A DNA stretch of 63,873 nucleotides, filler included, from Myxococcota bacterium (GTDB taxonomy: Bacteria; Myxococcota; Myxococcia; Myxococcales; Myxococcaceae), in NCBI GenBank assembly GCA_049322255.1. It is 4 parts of 4 records of this genome, joined end to end, with 100 filler letters (N's around TTAATTAATTAA, not from the genome) between each part and the next. Parts side by side here need not be neighbours in the genome. Positions count along the whole stretch, not along the records: positions 55,608 to 63,873 come from JBMORE010000145.1; 3 more parts are not named here. One strand, 5' to 3'. The stretch's first letter is position 1; each line of letters starts with the position of its first letter. The notes under the pieces were generated by a model that worked only from the letters and a program-made list of their open reading frames with translations, did not search any database and was not told the DNA's origin. The translations under genes and the position numbers were made by a program. Shown in pieces: positions 61,075 to 63,873 of this stretch.

Positions 61075-61902
61075 ATGGCAAACAAAGTTCTCATCGGAGT
61101 GGGCATCGGCTGCGGTTCTCTCCTGCTGTTGGCCGTCGGCGCCGTCGTCGTCGGTGGCATGTGGGTGAAGAGCAAGGTGGGAGACGTGGTCGAGGTCGGC
61201 AAGGCGGCGGAGGAGCAGCAACAACAGGCGGTGAAGCTCGACGAGAAGTACCCGTTCGAGCCGCCCGTGGACGACAAGCCCGTGAAGCTCACCGACGCCC
61301 AGCTCAAGAAGTACCTGGCCATCCGCGCGGCGATCGTCCCCATCTACAAGGGGTTCGAAGCGAAGGCGAAGGAGCTCGACCAGCGCAACAAGGGCAAGAA
61401 GGCGGGGCTCGCCGAAGGGCTCGAGGCGGTCGGCATGTTCACCGGGCTGTACAAGGAGGTGCGCGAGAAGTGGCTCGAAGAGCTCGACCGCCACCAGATG
61501 TCACCCAAGGAGTTCGGGACGGTGACGGGCACCGTCTACGCATCGCAGATCGGCAAAGGCATGGCCGAGATGGAGCGATCGACCCGGCCCGCGATGGAGC
61601 AGGGCATCGCCGAGCTCGAAAAGATGAAGCAAAGGCCCGACCTCTCCGCAGAAGCCAAAGCGGAGCTCGATGAACAGCTCGCGAGCATGAAACAGCAGCT
61701 CGCCGAGCTCTCCGCGGAGGGCGAGGTCTCGGAGGACGCCAAGGTGTGGGAAGCCAATGTGCAGTTGCTCGAGCGCTACAAAGTCGAAATCGAGCGCGAT
61801 GCGCTTCCGGCGCTCGACTGGTTTTTGCTCGGCCAGGAGGGCGCGGATGGCATGGAAAAGGCGTTCGACCCGCTGAAACGGTTGCGGCCCAAGGGCAAGT
61901 AG
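61075..61902 (+). CDS. Hypothetical membrane-anchored helical protein
   Basis: N-terminal IGIGCG TM anchor, coiled-coil body. Confidence 0.8.
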   Translation: MANKVLIGVGIGCGSLLLLAVGAVVVGGMWVKSKVGDVVEVGKAAEEQQQQAVKLDEKYPFEPPVDDKPVKLTDAQLKKYLAIRAAIVPIYKGFEAKAKELDQRNKGKKAGLAEGLEAVGMFTGLYKEVREKWLEELDRHQMSPKEFGTVTGTVYASQIGKGMAEMERSTRPAMEQGIAELEKMKQRPDLSAEAKAELDEQLASMKQQLAELSAEGEVSEDAKVWEANVQLLERYKVEIERDALPALDWFLLGQEGADGMEKAFDPLKRLRPKGK

Positions 61903-61907
61903 CCTCC

Positions 61908-62651
61908 TCAAAACTTCCTGATCAGAGGGTCGTAGAGCACGTTGGGCATTACCTTCAGCGGTCGCGCGGCCACCGCCAGCGGCCAGGGGAAGACGTACTG
62001 CGGCCGAAGCCGCACGATGGCCTTGCCCATGCGCTCCACCGCGTCTTCTGCCTCGAGGAGGAATGGCAGCTTGGCTTTGCTGCCGGCGGTCAGCTCGGTC
62101 TTCACGTAGCCGGGGTGAATGGAGGTCACCCGCACGCCGGTGCCCCGCAGGTCGACCCGTAGGCTCTCGAGGAAGACGGCGAGGAACGCCTTCGACGCAC
62201 TGTAGGCGGCCATGCGGGGTAGGCCGCGGAAGGCGGCGAAAGACGAGATACCTACCAAATGCCCGCGGCCGCGCTCGAGCATCCCGGGCAACGCGGCCAC
62301 CAACGTGGCGGCGGCTCCGGTGACGTTGACGTCGATGGTGTGCTTCACCTCGTTCCATTGTAGGTGTGTGGCGGGCGTGACCGAGCCCACGCCGGCGTTG
62401 GCGATCACCAGGTCGAGCCCGCCGCAGGAACCATCCAACGCACGCACCCGAGCCCACGTGGCCTCGGCGTTGGTCACGTCGAGCACCACAGGCTCGATGA
62501 TGCCATCGCGAACTTCGGCCTTGAGCGCCTCGAGCTGGGCGGCGCGGCGGGCGGCGGCGTAGACCCGCACCCCCCGGCGGGCGAACCAGGCCGAAAGCCC
62601 GCGCCCCAGGCCGCTGGAGGCGCCGGTGACGAGCGCGCTTCGGTACTCCAT
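61908..62651 (-). CDS. Short-chain dehydrogenase/reductase
   Basis: TGASSGLG, ANAG, YSASK, PGYVKT. Confidence 0.95.
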   Translation of the reverse strand: MEYRSALVTGASSGLGRGLSAWFARRGVRVYAAARRAAQLEALKAEVRDGIIEPVVLDVTNAEATWARVRALDGSCGGLDLVIANAGVGSVTPATHLQWNEVKHTIDVNVTGAAATLVAALPGMLERGRGHLVGISSFAAFRGLPRMAAYSASKAFLAVFLESLRVDLRGTGVRVTSIHPGYVKTELTAGSKAKLPFLLEAEDAVERMGKAIVRLRPQYVFPWPLAVAARPLKVMPNVLYDPLIRKF

Positions 62652-62660
62652 CGTCCCCCC

Positions 62661-63047
62661 TTAGGGAATGTTTCCGCAGCTCACGTAGAGATCGAGGTCG
62701 GCCGAGAAGTGGGCGTTGATGGCGTGCGTGCCACCCAGAAGCTTCGACAGGGGCACCGCAATCTCGCTGTCGCTCACCAGGTTCCCCTCATTGAGCGTGA
62801 GCTGGGCCATCCCTGTGCCTCCAAGCACCTTGCCGCCGATCTCCCCGCAGCGGCCTTCGTGAATGTGCACCGGTTGAGGCCCCGGGTCGGTGGAGACGTC
62901 GAGCGAGACTTCCACTCGGGTCTTGTCGCCTTTGTCGGTCAGCGTGGCCAGGCCGCTCTGCCCCGAGTTGTTCTCGGCGTTCATCGTCACGACGACCTGA
63001 GTCGGCCCGCAGCCGACCAGAAGAAGCAGCGCCAGCGGAAGTCTCAT
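62661..63047 (-). CDS. Small lipoprotein, CHRD / Cu-Zn SOD-like fold
   Basis: Lipobox LVGC; PVHIHEGRC, INAH, VSCGNI. Confidence 0.65.
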   Translation of the reverse strand: MRLPLALLLLVGCGPTQVVVTMNAENNSGQSGLATLTDKGDKTRVEVSLDVSTDPGPQPVHIHEGRCGEIGGKVLGGTGMAQLTLNEGNLVSDSEIAVPLSKLLGGTHAINAHFSADLDLYVSCGNIP

Positions 63048-63070
63048 CAAGCGTCCAACCATACAACCGT

Positions 63071-63873
63071 TCACCGCCAGCGGTGAGGCCCCAGTGCTTG
63101 CCACGTCGCCGCTACCGCCGCGCGCGCGGGCTCGGCTGCTCCGGGAGGGAAGCTCTCGGTGCGCCTGCCCGAAAGTACCTCGATGCACGCGCGCACCGAG
63201 TCGTTCAACGCGTCCAGGTCGTAGCCGCCCTCGAGGACCAGCACCAGCCGCCCCTGGCAGACACGATCCGCCAGGTCTTTCACCGCCGAGCACATGGCGG
63301 CGAAGCCACGCTCGGTGACGCGCATGCCCCCGAGCGGGTCGGCCCGGTGGGCGTCGAAGCCGGCAGACACCAGCACGAGCTCCGGCCGGTACGCCTCGGC
63401 CACCGGAATGAACAGCTCGTGGAAGACGCACCCGTAGTCGGCGTCGCCCTGGCCGCCCGGCAGCGCGCAGTTGACGGTGTAGCCTTCGCCTTCTCCCTCG
63501 CCGATCTCGAAGGGCGCTCCGGTGCCGGGATAGAAGGGGAACTGGTGTGATGAGAGGTACATCACGTCGCGTCTTTTCCAGAACGCCGCCTGGGTGCCGT
63601 TGCCATGGTGCACGTCCCAGTCGAGCACCAGCACCCGCGCAGCGCCGACGCGGCGGGCCGTCTCGGCAGCGATCGCCACGTTGTTGAACAGGCAAAAACC
63701 CATCGCCCGTGCGGTTTCCGCGTGATGGCCGGGGGGCCGCACCAGAGCGAAGGCGTTGGAGGCGCGCCCCGCGAGCACCTCTTCCACGGCTTGCACTGCC
63801 GCTCCCGCCGCGAGCACCGCGGTGTCGTAGCTCTTCTCGCTCATCGCGGTGTCAGGGTCAAGCTGGGTGGACG
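63071..63873 (-). CDS. Histone deacetylase family protein (5' end beyond window)
   Basis: RPPGHHA, GFCLFNNVA, DWDVHHGNGTQ, SAGFDAH..DPL, LEGGY. Confidence 0.95.
   Translation of the reverse strand, partial: STQLDPDTAMSEKSYDTAVLAAGAAVQAVEEVLAGRASNAFALVRPPGHHAETARAMGFCLFNNVAIAAETARRVGAARVLVLDWDVHHGNGTQAAFWKRRDVMYLSSHQFPFYPGTGAPFEIGEGEGEGYTVNCALPGGQGDADYGCVFHELFIPVAEAYRPELVLVSAGFDAHRADPLGGMRVTERGFAAMCSAVKDLADRVCQGRLVLVLEGGYDLDALNDSVRACIEVLSGRRTESFPPGAAEPARAAVAATWQALGPHRWR

Noticed and set aside
57144..61343. 1399-aa minus-strand ORF and other long antisense ORFs (14251-17520, 3339-5240, 20032-21774, 21906-23936)
   Set aside because: Shadow ORFs of high-GC genes; the opposite strand carries the recognisable motifs

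Overview
High-GC DNA from a myxobacterium (Myxococcaceae-like gene content). The window is four contig pieces joined by artificial 100-nt N/TTAATTAATTAA/N linkers at 18450-18549, 36986-37085 and 55508-55607, so synteny across these joins is not biological. Housekeeping genes: comF-like, rlmH, rsfS, prkA-yhbH, mltG, ruvX, tatA-like, degP-like, argS, rluA-family, PBP1A, SDR, HDAC-family. Many envelope and lipoprotein genes: giant metzincin, GH31, DUF3857/transglutaminase-TPR, a 24-repeat Cys-rich lipoprotein, and a lipase next to FadL. Most interesting: (i) an orphan pair of an EspA/Bsp22-tailed protein and a SycD/LcrH-like chaperone behind a sigma54-like promoter; (ii) an ArsA/Get3 pair + phasin-like protein + orphan ParA + PhaR-like cluster with no PHA synthase in view; (iii) a 42-bp intergenic tandem array; (iv) a diverged duplicate of the argS 3' end; (v) a lipase-FadL-GMC operon; (vi) a roughly 84-aa helical insert in the PBP1A transglycosylase. 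All calls come from motif reading by eye; no searches were run.
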